A stretch of 64,000 nt of DNA from NCBI GenBank assembly GCA_051294375.1, contig CM119269.1, positions 2,343,958 to 2,407,957 on the forward strand. The letters are read 5' to 3'. The position numbers were made by a program, and so were the translations under genes. Each line of letters opens with the position of its first letter. The stretch's first letter is position 1. Shown here piece after piece: positions 12,040 to 25,724 of this stretch. The stretch is from Paraspadella gotoi. Taxonomy: Eukaryota; Animalia; Chaetognatha. The notes beneath the pieces are model-generated. The model made no database searches, was not told where the DNA came from, and was given only the letters and a program-made list of their open reading frames with translations.

Positions 12040-13039
12040 TCAACGGAATGGACCAATAAACGGACTGGTTGGCCTAGTGATGGGTGATGCTCGTCTCACT
12101 TCACGAAATCATCAGAATGCCGACGAATCACAGAACCTTAGTTCAACCTTAGAATACCCAATGACCGACAGAGGATACCGACGGAGGATGATGTCAAAAT
12201 TGCTTAAAGAACTCTAGGCATTCATCTCTACACCCAAACTCAAGAAAGAACACTCTTCAAATAATTATGAACTGTTTAATATTGTCATCACCTCTGTCTT
12301 AACCTATGTCATCGTGTCATCGTATCTGTGTCATCACCCTATCATTTCCGTCATTAATAAAAACTATCTCAACCAAAACTTTGCACTTATTATTTACCCT
12401 CGTATTTGACTAAACGTCAACGTGTAGGCATCGTCGTGATTCGACTCCCCACCCTCGAAGAGCTTAATTGAAAAACTACGCTATCCCTACTCGAAAAACT
12501 ACGCTTACCCTACTCGAAAAATTACATCCCGTTCCAAAATTTTCTTTTAATCCCAAATAAACTTATTTCAAAAATAAAAAAGATAAACCCCCAAAAAGAA
12601 ACTAATACCAAAAGTTTTTTCCTTTCAACGGCCCTCTTGATATTTGAAATAAACTTTTTTAACTTTAAATTAAAACACTTTTTTTGCCGAATCAGGAGTG
12701 CGTAATAACGTAGCCTGAGCTACAAAAAAAAACAAAAAAACAACGAAAATCAAACTAAAAATCCCTCTCCACTCAGCAAAAAAAAAAAAAGAAAAAAAAG
12801 AACATTTTGAAGACAAATGAAAATACGTACTATTTCCCTAACTTCCAAGCAAAAAAAACATTCTATATCTCCCACGCTCTCCCTGCCTCGTGCTTTGGAC
12901 TACGTCGTCACGTGACCCAGCATCCCTCCCAAACAAAGAAAACGAATCGAACGTTCTCTCTCCCCTCGAAAATCCTCGCTGCCCAGTCCATCGCTTTGAC
13001 CGAATTCTAGAGAAAATCGAAAAGATTCATCAATCGCTG

Positions 13040-13072
<33 letters not shown>

Positions 13073-16000
13073 CCTCTCCCTGAAATCGCAACAAACCATC
13101 CTACAAATTAAAATAAAAAGAATATCTCAAACAAAACCTCAATGAAAATGTTTTGCAAAGAAACCCGAAAAAAAGAACCACATTGTCAAATGACAAGGAA
13201 GTAGATATTCAGAACAACTCCTTGAACACTTCGCTTCTAGCTTGTTTTATCACCACCTTACTCCACCCCCACACATCTGCCAATGAGAATGATAATAATT
13301 GCAAAGAAGTGCGAACTCTCCTACAAAGATTATCAGACAACCCCAACTTGATGGGCCATACAAGCAATAGCAAAGTTGTTTGAAACAAAGACAAATGAGG
13401 CCAGACTCGCATTCAGAAGCCCAGGGACTTCCAATGATCTTGTCATCAATATCTACACCCCTGGTAAATCAGTGGTAAAGACTGGAAGATTTTGATGGTT
13501 CAAGAGAAAATTCAACTGTTTTTTACCTTTTACGATTCTAATGATACATTTTCGCTTCAATGCAGAGTCGGATAAATACGAAGAAAGCAGAACTATTGCA
13601 GAGAGAAAAAGCAGGAAACAATTAGAAAAAGAAAGGAAAGAAAAACTGCAACGAGAAAGAAATAAAGATTACAAAAATTCGAATGAGAAGAAAAAAAAAA
13701 GAATGGGGAATGAATTGAAAGAAAATACAAAAATAAATACCACTGAATGAGGGCGCCTCAATATCGCTCTACCTGAGAATTAATGGAAGAAATTCCAATC
13801 CCTTCAACAGTCAGGTGGACCTTCGTCAAGAAGAAATGAAGATTTCCAACATTTTTATGAGATTAGAAAACAAGAATATAAGAACAGCTGAATACCTAAC
13901 GATGATACTCTCTTTATTGCTTGTTAGCGATTCTACATAGAGACCTGGAAATGAGGCAATAAGACAACTCGCCGCGACAAAGACTCGTGGAGTCGAGTCT
14001 CCATATTGAAAATAATGAAGTGTCAAAACGTACACATCTCTTGACAATAAAAATAACAAAATATAGGAGTTGATCTCGAGAGCAGATGCCAAAAAACACA
14101 GAGACGATAATAATCTATCCCGGAATTATACAATGGTAATGCAAGGTATCTGAAGACCGACTGAACATATGAAATAGCTCACGATGTTCTCTTTGATATC
14201 CAATATATCGCGAATAGATACTTAAAAATAGATCTGATCTATTATTAAGACTATATAAAACATACAAGCGAATGAGATCGACTCAGAAAGAAATTGTATC
14301 TTCTGTATGAGATTGTTATGCGATGCTCTACATAGTATCTACAGAAAGTAGAGTATATTGAGGTTCCGAAACAGAGCGGAATATGAGAGATCGTACAGTA
14401 GCTCTGACTATCTCGCTCAGATATCCTCGAATGAGCAATGCGAAGAGTTGAGGTAGATAAGATAGAAAGTAAGAGTCGTCTAGATTAATGAATAAAACCT
14501 TGGAATGACGCAAATGAATCGTTGCATGCCATAATCACTAGTAGAAGATCTCGTGATAATTCATCCACCATCCATGGACTAAAGACACATACTTCCACAT
14601 CTCTAATTAATGCTGACAGGTACTACACAAAATATGCGACAGAATACGTAGAGCATCTGATCATCATAGGGGAACTTATACTCATATAATGTCTCAGCTC
14701 TCCTAAGGCGCATATATCGCGAATATCTGAATCTGATGCCATTCAACTTCCTTTTCGCGAAGAACTCACGGTCACTTTGCGGGTACGAGTACACAGACTG
14801 AAAAACAGCTGATACGCTCCAACAAAAGCACATACTCTCGCCACTCGGTCGATCAGTGCGCACTCAGGACATGATGAATTACACAATTCATACATACAAA
14901 ATATTAGCAAAAAGTACAGAATAACAGAATGACTCGAATCGCAACAATGAAAGATAAAACTCAGAACCAACATACACCTAAACAGTCATAATTTTTACAT
15001 TTGAAGAACATTTCTCACACATAAAACGAAGAAAGCATAACAAAAGTCTTAATTACAAAGATAAGTAACATATATAGAGAAACAAAGAAGAAAAGAATAT
15101 AAGAACTATAATAAGATAAAAATTTGGAAAACCCACTACGGAGAACACGAAATACTCTAGTATGTCTCAAACGGTTGTCAAGAAAATCGAGCTCAAGAGA
15201 GAACAGCACTGACTCTGTGATCCATTCAATAACCTCAACAAGAAAGATCTATCAATGAATCAGTAAATACCGTAGAGAGTGGGGGACTGACCAGAGAAAA
15301 CAAATGATATAGAGAAATATAATATCAGAAAGAAGTAGGTTAGACTCGTCGGCTAAACACAATACGGTGCTTTAGCCATCATAACTGTGACTCCAAGATG
15401 AGCAAAACACAATAGCAAGAAATAATCTATACATTCGTAACTCGCCAAGGAATCAGTATTAGCTCTCTTCCATCTCACTCAACAGACCAGATCGTAGTTA
15501 GCTTAGAACAAAAATGATAATGACCTACCTCACAACTAACGCACAATTTGGACACCTTGCGTAAGCGATAAAAAGATGTACACTGGCAAACACAAAGAAC
15601 ATAATATCAACTGTGTTAAAAATAGAATACATAAAATAATATAACATGAGTCCCAAACTTGACAAAACTGAAAAAGAATTATGGAAAACCCACAAATTGT
15701 ATCCAAAACTCCAAGAAGCATCGCAAGGATGTCCCCAACGCCGGCAGAGCTATGGTGAAAATAGGAATCAATAATAATCATGTTCCGTACATAGATGAAC
15801 ATCCTCCCTTATCATATATTAAGACCCATAAAATAAAGCTACACTGTGATATAGTAGTTACCGCTGAGATTCTCATAAGTGGAACTCATATCTTATACTA
15901 TTTCCCATATCATACAATATCTAGTAACATGATACGCAAACGAGGAGAGAAACTACGCCGAAAAGGTAGATAAGATATAAAAATACCAGATGGCAAAATA

Positions 16001-16473
16001 AACTAACATAACCAATAATAGCATATTATCCTTCGGCTCCACGGCCACACAGATAAAAAACCATTGCATAACACTGCTCACAACAGAAAGAAATGGGCTC
16101 CATGCTCCTGCATCTCACATCTTAATGTCTCACGAAAGAGCTATAGAAAGTATTAGTATATGTGATTCTGCTCGAATACACAACTGACAAGATCAACACA
16201 TAGATCCGTTATTGTTATAAGAGGCACCATCTCATAGAACAAGGTTATAAGAAAAAGAAGAAGCACTTCTGGAGTGACACACGTCGTGGGTGTAATTAAC
16301 TCGAACATAGATCCGCGCATGGACTTGTGAATTAAATTATAATCATCTTGTTCGACTGCTGCTCGATAGAGAGTAATATCAATAATTTTCGATTAGATGA
16401 TAATGCTGTAATTCCCACAATATATATACTACCACTGACTATATTATAGTAAGAAAAAGAATCTCTCTCTCTT
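12040..16473 (+). mobile_element. Highly degraded or error-rich Penelope-like retroelement (RT + GIY-YIG remnant)
   Basis: A-rich, coding-like stretch with no open frame. Motif traces appear in Penelope order: ~14455-14500 (ADKG..VV.MNK), ~14660-14695 (ISS.GTYSYNV), ~14745-14770 (SFAKEL), ~14985-15015 (HNFTFEEHF). Read across indels by eye; boundaries uncertain. Confidence 0.45.
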
Positions 16474-16611
16474 NNNNNNNNNNNNNNNNNNNNNNNNNCC
16501 GCCATGATCTTCGCCGCTTTGACGATAGTCACGGTCAACGACGCAATCGATAGCGGATCTTAGAAATTGTGAATAAAAAATCTTAAAAGAATAGGATCGA
16601 GCCTCCCTTCA

Positions 16612-16936
16612 ATGATAACTAAATATTGATGCGATGATAACCAAAGGATTGATGCGATGATAACCAAATGATTGATGCGATGATAACCAAATATTGATGC
16701 AATGATAACCAATAATTGATGCGATGATAACCAAATGATCGATGTGATGAAAACCAAATGATTGATGTGATAATAACCAAATTGTTGATACGATGATAGT
16801 CATTCATTGATGTCATGATAATCATTCATTGATACGATGATAGTCATTCATTGATGCGATGATAGTCATTCATTGACGCAATGAATCATTCATCATAAAT
16901 AAAACAAACAAATGCGTGTATGAGTGAAAGATAGAG

Positions 16937-16967
<31 letters not shown>

Positions 16968-17250
16968 GAGAGAAAGAAAGAGAAAAATCTTAAAAGAAGA
17001 TTTTTCTCTTTCTTTCTCTCTCTCTCTCTTTCTCTCTTTCTCTCTCTTGATAACCAAAGGATTGATGCGATGATAACCAAATGATTGATGCGATGATGAC
17101 CAAATATTGATGCGATGATAACCAATAATTGATGCGATGATAAACAAATGATCGATGTGATGATAACCAAATGATTGATGTGATAATAACCAAATGGTTG
17201 ATGCGATGATAGTCATTCATTGATGTGATGATAATCATTCATTGATATGA
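16612..17250. repeat. ~23-bp minisatellite (gatgcgatgataaccaaatgatt), two arrays split by GA/CT microsatellite
   Basis: Tandem units read directly; an inverted copy lies at 20955-21400. Confidence 0.9.
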
Positions 17251-17387
17251 AGAGAGAGAGAAAGAGAGAGAGAGAGAAAGAAAGAGAGAAAGAAAGAGAA
17301 TAAATCCACGAAAATGTCGGATGTAAATTTGGGATTTTGCATTGAGAAAAAAAGTGCGGAATAAATGGCGATAATAAAAGTTTTTAA

Positions 17388-18262
17388 GGGGACCCAGTGA
17401 TAAAAATAATATCATAAGCTTAAGGGTCTATCATCAAAAAAATTTGAATGGTGATAGTCATTAATTTTTCTTTGCACGGGAAAGTGGCGAAAAAATTCCT
17501 ATCTCTTATTGTAGCGGAAACAAAAATTTTATAATTATGAAAAAAAAATTTAGTTGACCATACCTAAATATTTATATAATCCATTATTTTTTTTTGCATT
17601 AGAAAGTACTTTTTACTAAATTCCAAATTTTTATTTTTTACTGTACAAAGCTACAATTTTAGGTTTAAGCCTCATTGAACAAAGGCTTTACAAGACTAAT
17701 ATTTTTTATTTTTATATTTACTTAAAATCAGAAAAATCAAACCTAAATTCTATTCTTATAGAAACAAAACTGTAATAACTATTAATTAATATTCATATTT
17801 ATCCCTTAAATATATTATTAAACTATATTGATTCCTAATTTTAACAAATAAAATTTAGCAAAAGTACAGAATCTTTCTCTTTTTTATATTTATATTACTT
17901 TAAAGAGTTTTATTTTTATCCAATTAACAGAATTATTTGAAAAGAAAGTTTAAATAAAATCAGTCGATACCCTAAATTTTGATTCTTTCCTATTTTTTTT
18001 TGTTATAAATTTTTGTGATAAAATCTGAAGATCTTTTTAAAATTAGCTCTTACCCTTTTTTGCAAAAAAAAATTTAAAACTTGAAAAAGATTTTCTTCTT
18101 ACCGATTTTTTAAAGAAAATTAAGCTTGGTGATTATATCGAATTTTTTAACTACTTTCCCATATGATTATAGAAGAAAAAGTTATATGGTCAGAACGAGC
18201 TGAAGTTAAAGGGTCAAACGTTATGCTTTCAGCTTTTTACCCCCCCTGGTCACTTGGTCCCC
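17388..18262. mobile_element. Second non-autonomous TIR element with TTAA TSD (Kolobok-like termini)
   Basis: TTAA|GGGGACCCAGTGA ... TCACTTGGTCCCC|TTAA (12/13 TIR match), AT-rich non-coding interior. Confidence 0.82.
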
Positions 18263-19515
18263 TTAAAAGGAATTAAAAAAAAATCAAAATTTTTCAAAAA
18301 ACGATCACGCAAGAGAGCGTACAGAGAGAGAGAGACAGAGAGAGACAGACTGAGACAGAGAGAGAAAGAGAGAGAAAGCTGGACAGCCGCTGGAAGGCAG
18401 CTGAACAGTCACTTCAGAGCCTGAACATGTTTTTAAAGGGTTCAGAAAAGGCAGAAACTGACAAAAATAGGAAGAAAAATCTATATATGATTTAAAGAAA
18501 TAAAAGAAAGGAAAAAAATGTTACAATTGTTTTACAATTGAAAATTTTTACAATTTTTTCCAATCATAGTTTGTAAAAGATTTTATTTTTATTTGTATTA
18601 AAATTAAAATATAGCTTCTCATTAAAAAGGTCTTTTGATTTCCCATTTTTATTATAGATTTAAAATTTTTTTTGAATTTCATCTTCAATATTATATACTG
18701 CAATATGTCAATTAGATTAAAGCATTTCTGTATACTAATTTGGATATTATAATGAGTACTTTAATATCATTTGCATATTGCAGTAAATCATAATGAAGTG
18801 GAAATTCAAAACAAAATACTTGAATTAGGGCTGCGCATCGTTCGAATCGAAGTTCGATCAAGATTCCTTTATATTTCACTTCTATTCAACTGCATAGTCA
18901 CGGCCCAAAAAAATTATATCAATATGGGCAGATTCTGAAAGCTTGGCGTCTTGGAAAGCCAAACGGAGGTAGAGCGCGATCGAAATTTCCATTTTATCAT
19001 GCCAAAAATGGTATTTAAATTGACTGGTCAGGCCGTTTTTTCCCTTTTCCCAAAAAGCCTGCTTGATCTTTTGTAAAATAGAACAAATCATACATATCAG
19101 TACGGTTTCGGATAGCCTTTTGTTTCTCTACACAATAAAAAAAAGAAAAGTTTAAATTCTTGCCATCTTTAATGCTTGATAAAGCAATCAAATGAACTGG
19201 TTTTTTAGGTGAAAACTGCATAGTCAAGCCTTCATTTTTTTTTGGTTCTAAAGCCATCGAAAGAAACTGTATTGTTTAAACTATCTGTTTCAGGTAGAGC
19301 GCGGGGCTAAATTTAGTCTATTTATATTAAATTTCATGCAAATACGAATGAAGTCCGTTTATCGCACGGTAAAGCCGATTTTAAGGCGCAATCCGGGCCG
19401 TATTTAAAACTGGTTATAGAGGTTATCTAATGAGGACTTCGATCGAAAAAAAGGATTGATCATGCGCGATCCGGGCCAGATTAAAACCGCTTTTCAACAT
19501 GGCTTTACCGTATTT

Positions 19516-19905
19516 AAACGGACGAAACGGAATGAAACGGAATGAAACGGAACGAAACGGAACGAAACGGAACGAAACGGAACGAAACGGAACGAAACGG
19601 AACGAAACGGAACGAAACGGAACGAAACGGAACGAAACGGAACGAAACGGAACGAAAACGGAACGAAACGGAACGAAACGGAACGAAAACGGAACGAAAC
19701 GGAACGAAACGGAACGAAACGGAACGAAACGGAACGAAACGGAACGAAACGGAACGAAACGGAACGAAACGGAACGAAACGGAACGACAACGGAACGAAA
19801 CGGAACGAAACGGAACGAAACGGAACGAAACGGAACGAAGAACGAAACGGAACGAAACGGAACGAACGGAACGAAACGGAACGAAACGGAAACGAAACGG
19901 AACGG
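19516..19905. repeat. 10-bp satellite (GGAACGAAAC)n
   Basis: ~390 bp of a nearly homogeneous decamer; source of the spurious ETERNGTKRN/FRFVP ORFs. Confidence 0.97.
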
Positions 19906-20896
19906 TTCGCGGTCTGTTCTTGGTGGATTTTCCACAAACCATAGGGCGATAATCTTTGAAATTGTAATGTTTCATATTAATATTCGGATTAATTTGTTTT
20001 ATTAACAAAACAATTTTATTCTTATTTTATAATAAAAAGTACTACGAATACGATTGATTCTATAAAAGTGTGATATCATAGGGAGTTGAAAATTTAGATA
20101 TGGCTCTTAATCATCAAGACCTTTGAAATTGTCATGTTTCATATGAATATTCGTATTTTTTAAATGTTTTATTTACAAACAAAACGTTTTAATTATATGC
20201 AGCTCTCTCTCTTCTCCCTTTTAATTCTTGTCGCTCTCTCTCTCTCTGATTATTTTTTTTCTTCTAAAAACTTTTATTACTGCTGTGGGGAATCCCCGTC
20301 TTGCACTTTCACCGGAAGTTGAAGGCGTCTCGTGAGGCATTGCCACGAACTGTTTGAGTTCTTAGGATTGTTCCAAATGGTTAAAAACAATGCTGAACAA
20401 AGTTTCTTAATTTGTTCCGTGAGGTCCCTGGATCGATTCCATGTCGCCATTCTTTTATTTTAACTAAAAATGTTTATGTACAAGTTATCTTACATAAGGT
20501 AAGTAAAAGTAGATTAAGTAAAAACCCAAAATGGCTGCTCTGGTGGATGGGGTCAATCTTGGATCCGTTATTCGAGAATCGAATCGATACTGCCATTTTT
20601 TTCCGCGCTTTTTTTTTCTTGACCTCGTGGCTGTTACGTGGCAAGGAGTAAACAATGTCGAGGAACATGACCTAATAACGCGTTTCGATGGTAACGGAAA
20701 CGTTACGTGTAATAAAAAAAATCAACTTGACCTCGATCACGCCGCCGTTGCGAGGCAACGGATAACCGATTATAACGAGAGTGACCTAATTATGCGTCTC
20801 GTTGGCGGGAAAACTTTCGTTGTAAATAAAGTTCGATCGCCTTGACCTAGATTTAACCACCGTCACTAGGCGACGAGTAAACGAGTGGGGCTCTGC

Positions 20897-20911
20897 AGCG
20901 TTTGTCCAGCT

Positions 20912-20960
<49 letters not shown>

Positions 20961-21400
20961 CATACACGCATTTGCTTGTTTTATTTATGATGAATGATTC
21001 ATTGCGTAATGAATGACTATCATCGCATCAATAAATGCCTATCATCGTTTCAATGAATGATTATCATCACAGCAATGAATGTCTATCATCGCATCAATCA
21101 TTTGGTTATCATCGCATGAATATTTGGTTATCATCGCATCAATCATTTGGTTATCATCGCATCAATTATTGGTTATCATCGCATTAATCATTTGGTTATC
21201 ATCGAATCAATTATTGGTTATCATCGCATCAATTATTGGTTATCATCGCATCAATATTTGGTTATCATTGCATCAATATTTGGTTATCATCGCATCAATA
21301 ATCAATTACTATTACATCAATCAATTACTATTACATCAATCAATTACTATTACATCAATCAATTACTTTTATATCAATAATTTGTTATCGCATCAATCAT
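20897..21400. repeat. Inverted copy of the (CT)n + ~23-bp minisatellite module
   Basis: catacacgcatttgcttgttttatttatgatgaatgattcat is approximately the reverse complement of 16881-16922, followed by (atcatcgcatcaatcatttggtt)n. Confidence 0.88.
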
Positions 21401-23031
21401 TCGTTTTTTTCCCCGGACTTTTTCATTAATTTTTTTGGATAATGGTCTAGCGAGATAACTACACTTTAGATTTTTTTCTCAATTATAGTTTAAAATGCTT
21501 TGATAAATAAAACTCTATAATATTTTTTAAATTAATAGTGTGGAGCATAATGCTATAAAATGGCGCTACGCCACGCAACCTTTGATCTGCTCGCGGCATC
21601 GTCTTCCACACTCCTCCCTTTCCTGCGCTTTTAATTTCTATACAATCTCCGTCGATATTTTTTCGGTTTTAATTCTTGCAACTTGAAAAAATCATGAATA
21701 GTGTAAAAAAGTGTTAAATTGTGGATAAAAAAAATTAAAATCGTGCCATTACCCAAACACTTAATCAATTTCTTTCAAAATTTCAATAAATGTTGCGATA
21801 AAATGTTTCTGTATTTTCATGTTAAAACTTTGAAAAAATATTTTGTCAAAATAAAGATATTTAATTAACAATAAATGAAAATATGAGACAAATCTACTAA
21901 ACAATGGAATATACCAGAGTCTAGAAAACATATATAGATTCTTAACATAATAGGGAGGAGATTACACCAATTTTATACTCAGAGATCAATTTTATCTGAT
22001 GATACACAGTAAAATAACTTTTGTAAAAAATATTATATCGATGTATTATTGGCCGGGACATCAGGGGACTCATTTTCAAGGTTTAAAAGATGGTGATAAA
22101 GGTTAAGCAAAGGCTTTAGCATCATATGTTACCTTAGGGTTTTACCCGCGAAATTTGTTTTCTTGATACTGTGGTACAAACAAATGTAAACTTTCAAAAT
22201 AATACTAGATAATTGTAATTTAAATTATTATTTTTTTGCATAACAGTTAGAATTATGTTTGTGCATTTTGTTTTCCAAAGATCAAGTCTTATCTTTCAAT
22301 ATGTTTTATACAGTAATTTTTTTTAAAATGCCTTCTTTTTTGTTTCGAATTCCCTATGTTTTTTCGGGAAATAGAAAAATAAAAATCTCACCAAACACTT
22401 CCGGTCCCTATCTTTTGCTCTCTTAACTTTTCTCTTTTATATTCTATCATAATTATAGTATTTTTATAACTTATACTCATTAGAATTCTATATTTTCCTG
22501 CTTTCGATTATTTAATTACTTCTTATGAGGCCCGGATCGCGCCTAATCCGAATCGCCGATCTAAAGCTTAGAACTACGCGTAGTACAAATCCTTGTTGAT
22601 CAAAATGAGTAAAATTTTAAGCGAAAGTTGATCGGTTTGAAGTGCGATTTTCGCGATCGCTTTTTTGTCATAACTTTTGAACGGATTATCCGATTTTGAT
22701 GAAATTTTGCATGAAGATAATATTCAAATTTCCTATCGATTGGTGCCCAATTCATTGAAAAATACTTAATGGTTTAGAAACGATGCACATCCCCACTTGA
22801 ATCCAAATGTAATATAAAATTTCAGAACTATTTCAAGATGAGAAGCCATAATCTAAATTTTTAACTTACTATGATCACACACTTTTATAAAACCTCATTG
22901 TAATTTATAATATTTTTATTTAAAAAAAACGGTAAGTCACAGCCAAAACTATAAAAGCGTAGTAGTTTTTATATAAAAATGCGTGACGCCGACGACGACG
23001 ACGACGTCACAAAGAAGCTCACCCGAATCAA

Positions 23032-23068
23032 TATCGAGCCTGAACCGGCTTCGCCGGTAGGCTCGATA
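23032..23068. repeat. GC-rich terminal hairpin of a probable Helitron/Helentron-like element (~22520-23070)
   Basis: TATCGAGCCT-ga-ACCGGC-ttc-GCCGGT-AGGCTCGATA stem-loop, preceded by (GAC)n and followed by an A run. Confidence 0.55.
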
Positions 23069-23473
23069 AAAACATTTAATGTGACTTTTCAATTGTGATG
23101 TTTATATTTTAAATTGATCGAATTAACAATATAAGTAAGGTATTTGACCTAATGCCCAAAATGCTTTCTTTTTTTAAAAATAAATACTCGTTATTTTATA
23201 CAAGCGAAACTATTTTATCCTTAATTCAAAGGGTCATATAAGTATGGGGCAAGGAAATCTCTCAGAGGGGACCGGATACTGGCAGCAGTCACTGGTCGTG
23301 GTTTCCCCCTCTTCGCTCGGCCATTTGAGCCGCGAGTACTCGTGGAGCAACTCTAAGAGTCACTTTTCAGTCGGTCGGTCCGTCGGTCGGTATGTCTGTC
23401 CGTCGATCTGTCCCACTTACGTTAAAAATGTATATAATTTCTCTATTGTTGGTTGTTATTTTGTTAAGACAGA

Positions 23474-24268
23474 AACAAGTTTGAGCAAACAATGTCGGAT
23501 CTGCCCACGATAATTAAGCGGTAATTAGCTAAATAAATAAATAAATAAATAAATAAATATATACTATAGTAGAAATAATTACAAATAAAGTACAAGTAAT
23601 TTTTTTAACTATTATTATTTTTTCCACTTGCATCATTTTTTCAACTTGCATCATTTTTGAAAACTTGCATCATTTTTTTAACTTGCATCATTTTTTCAAC
23701 TTGCATGATTTTTTCAACTTGCATCATTGTTTTAACTCACCCCATTTTTATAACTCGCTTCATTTTTTAACTTACTTTTTTTTCAAATTTTCATCATTTT
23801 TTCAACTTGCATCTTTTTTTTAACTTGCGTCCTTTTTTAAAACTTTTTAAACTTTTTTTAAAACTCATTGCCACTTGCACGATTCCATCTAAACTTTATA
23901 TCCAGCTTCATCACACACTTTCCTACCCACACACAAAATTTAATCTCAATCTATCTATCCAATTATGATTAATTTGATTAATTATGGGTTAAAATTAGTA
24001 AAAATATATAAGTTAATGTGACTTATGTTTTTTCCATTTAAACTCATTTCCTCTCGCACGATTCCATCAAAACTTTATATCTAGCTCAATCACACACTTT
24101 CCTACCCACACACAAAATTTCATTGTAATCCAACCATCCAATCACGAGTAATTGGAGTTTTCTGCTAAGGGGGGATGGACAGACGGACGGACAGACAGAC
24201 AGACGGACGGACGGACATCGTTTTTTTTGCTTAATTTACATAATATGATGTTCTGATGTGATAAAAAT
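23474..24268. mobile_element. Helentron/DINE-1-like repeat, copy 2 (nested in another GTCG/GTCC-microsatellite element starting ~23325)
   Basis: Same terminus, internal block and (GGAC/AGAC)n as 4141-4885, with an added ~21-bp array (ttttttcaacttgcatca) at 23620-23830. The host element segment 23367-23470 recurs at ~29790-29890. Confidence 0.62.
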
Positions 24269-24727
24269 GATTTACCGACAAGATTTAGGAGTGGGACCGA
24301 CGGACCGACAAAGTGAATTATAGATCAGGATTAAAAACAGGATCTGGAGAACAATTTTTCCCCCCGAGATCAGGAAGACCCTACGAAAAAAATGAAGACG
24401 AGTTGCCCCGTTCGTTTCCCATAAAAAACAAAGTCGTAAACAAATCACCTTTTAATATTTTTTTTTTCGGTCGTCAACCTCCATTGTTTGTTTGTTTACG
24501 ACTCGTTTTTTTTTTTTTTTTGACTCATCGCCTCCCTTCCTTTCCCGAAGAGACGCCGATCAAAACAAACTTGCTGAAAAGGTTTTTTTTTTTCCACCGA
24601 CACAAATTAATTTTAAAAATAAAAAAAACTCCGCGAGTGAAATTTGTTTTGTTATTTTGTCATCTTTTTTTTTTTGACGCCGTCGTGTTTGTTTGATTAA
24701 TTATCCCCGAAATCTTTTGAAAATTAT

Positions 24728-25035
24728 TATTTTCGACTCGTCAACACAACAGCCTTTTTTTCCCCAATTATTATTATTAATATTATTATTTTCGACTCGT
24801 CAACAACAGCCTTTTTCCCCCAATTATTATTATTATTATTATCATTATTATTATTATTATTTTTTTTTCGACTCGTCAACACAACAGCCTTTTCCCCCCA
24901 ATTATTATTATTATTATTATTATCATTTTCGACTCGTCAACACAACAGCCTTTTTTCCCCAATTATTATTATTATTATTATTATTATTATCATTTTCGAC
25001 TCGTCAACACAACAGCCTTTTTCCCCCAATTATTA

Positions 25036-25100
<65 letters not shown>
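24728..25100. repeat. Compound tandem array: ~38-bp constant unit + variable (TTA)n
   Basis: ttttcgactcgtcaacacaacagcctttt(t)cccccaa repeated five times, each followed by ATT triplets of differing length; a further copy at ~25590. Confidence 0.9.
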
Positions 25101-25644
25101 TGTTTGTGCCTCTGTAGTTTCGATCACGTTAGCTGACTTCAGTTCTTATTTAAATAACGTTCAGTTTTTGGAACAGGTTGGCGAGTTTATTTGTCAACAA
25201 ACAATTTGGCGACGAAGAACGGAGATAAAATGTTTGTTTCATAAAAACGAGGTGTGAAATTAATTCTTAATTTCGAGATTAAAATATAAAAACGTAAAAT
25301 ATAAAATCAATTAAAAATAAACCCCAACGGCGAAGGTTAAAAACGTTGAACGTTCTAGAGGCAACGACTTTCTCTCTCTAAAACATTGCTAAAGTTAAAA
25401 ATAAAACGGATACCAATTGTCCCCCTTTTCCCCCTTTTCTTCGCGACTGAATCAGTTGTAAAACTTTTCCCTATTATTTGGGCCGTCTCGATCGCGATGT
25501 CGTCCGCCGGTGACTCCGCGGACGTTGAACTTTTATTCCGCGCGGGAACGCTCGCGTCGGCCGCCACGACCGTCAAAACATTATTATTATTTTCGACTCG
25601 TCAACACAACAGCCTTTTTCCCCCAATTATTATTATTATTATTA

Positions 25645-25724
<80 letters not shown>

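Noticed and set aside
16560-17238. Repetitive IIASIIWLSSHQ ORFs (also 21079-21429)
   Set aside because: Produced by the ~23-bp minisatellite cycling through frames.
19423-20008. Several 136-170 aa ORFs on both strands
   Set aside because: Read-through of the stop-free GGAACGAAAC satellite.
18826-20210. hAT element from TAGGGCTGC to GCAGCTCT
   Set aside because: Right terminus imperfect and no 8-bp TSD visible.
20360-20450. tRNA-like fragment (gaggtccctggatcgattcc); similar reverse fragment at ~9960-9981
   Set aside because: B-box remnant only; no cloverleaf can be built.
24728-25100. CRISPR-like repeat-spacer appearance
   Set aside because: Spacers are only (TTA)n microsatellite, there are no cas genes, and the context is a eukaryotic intron.
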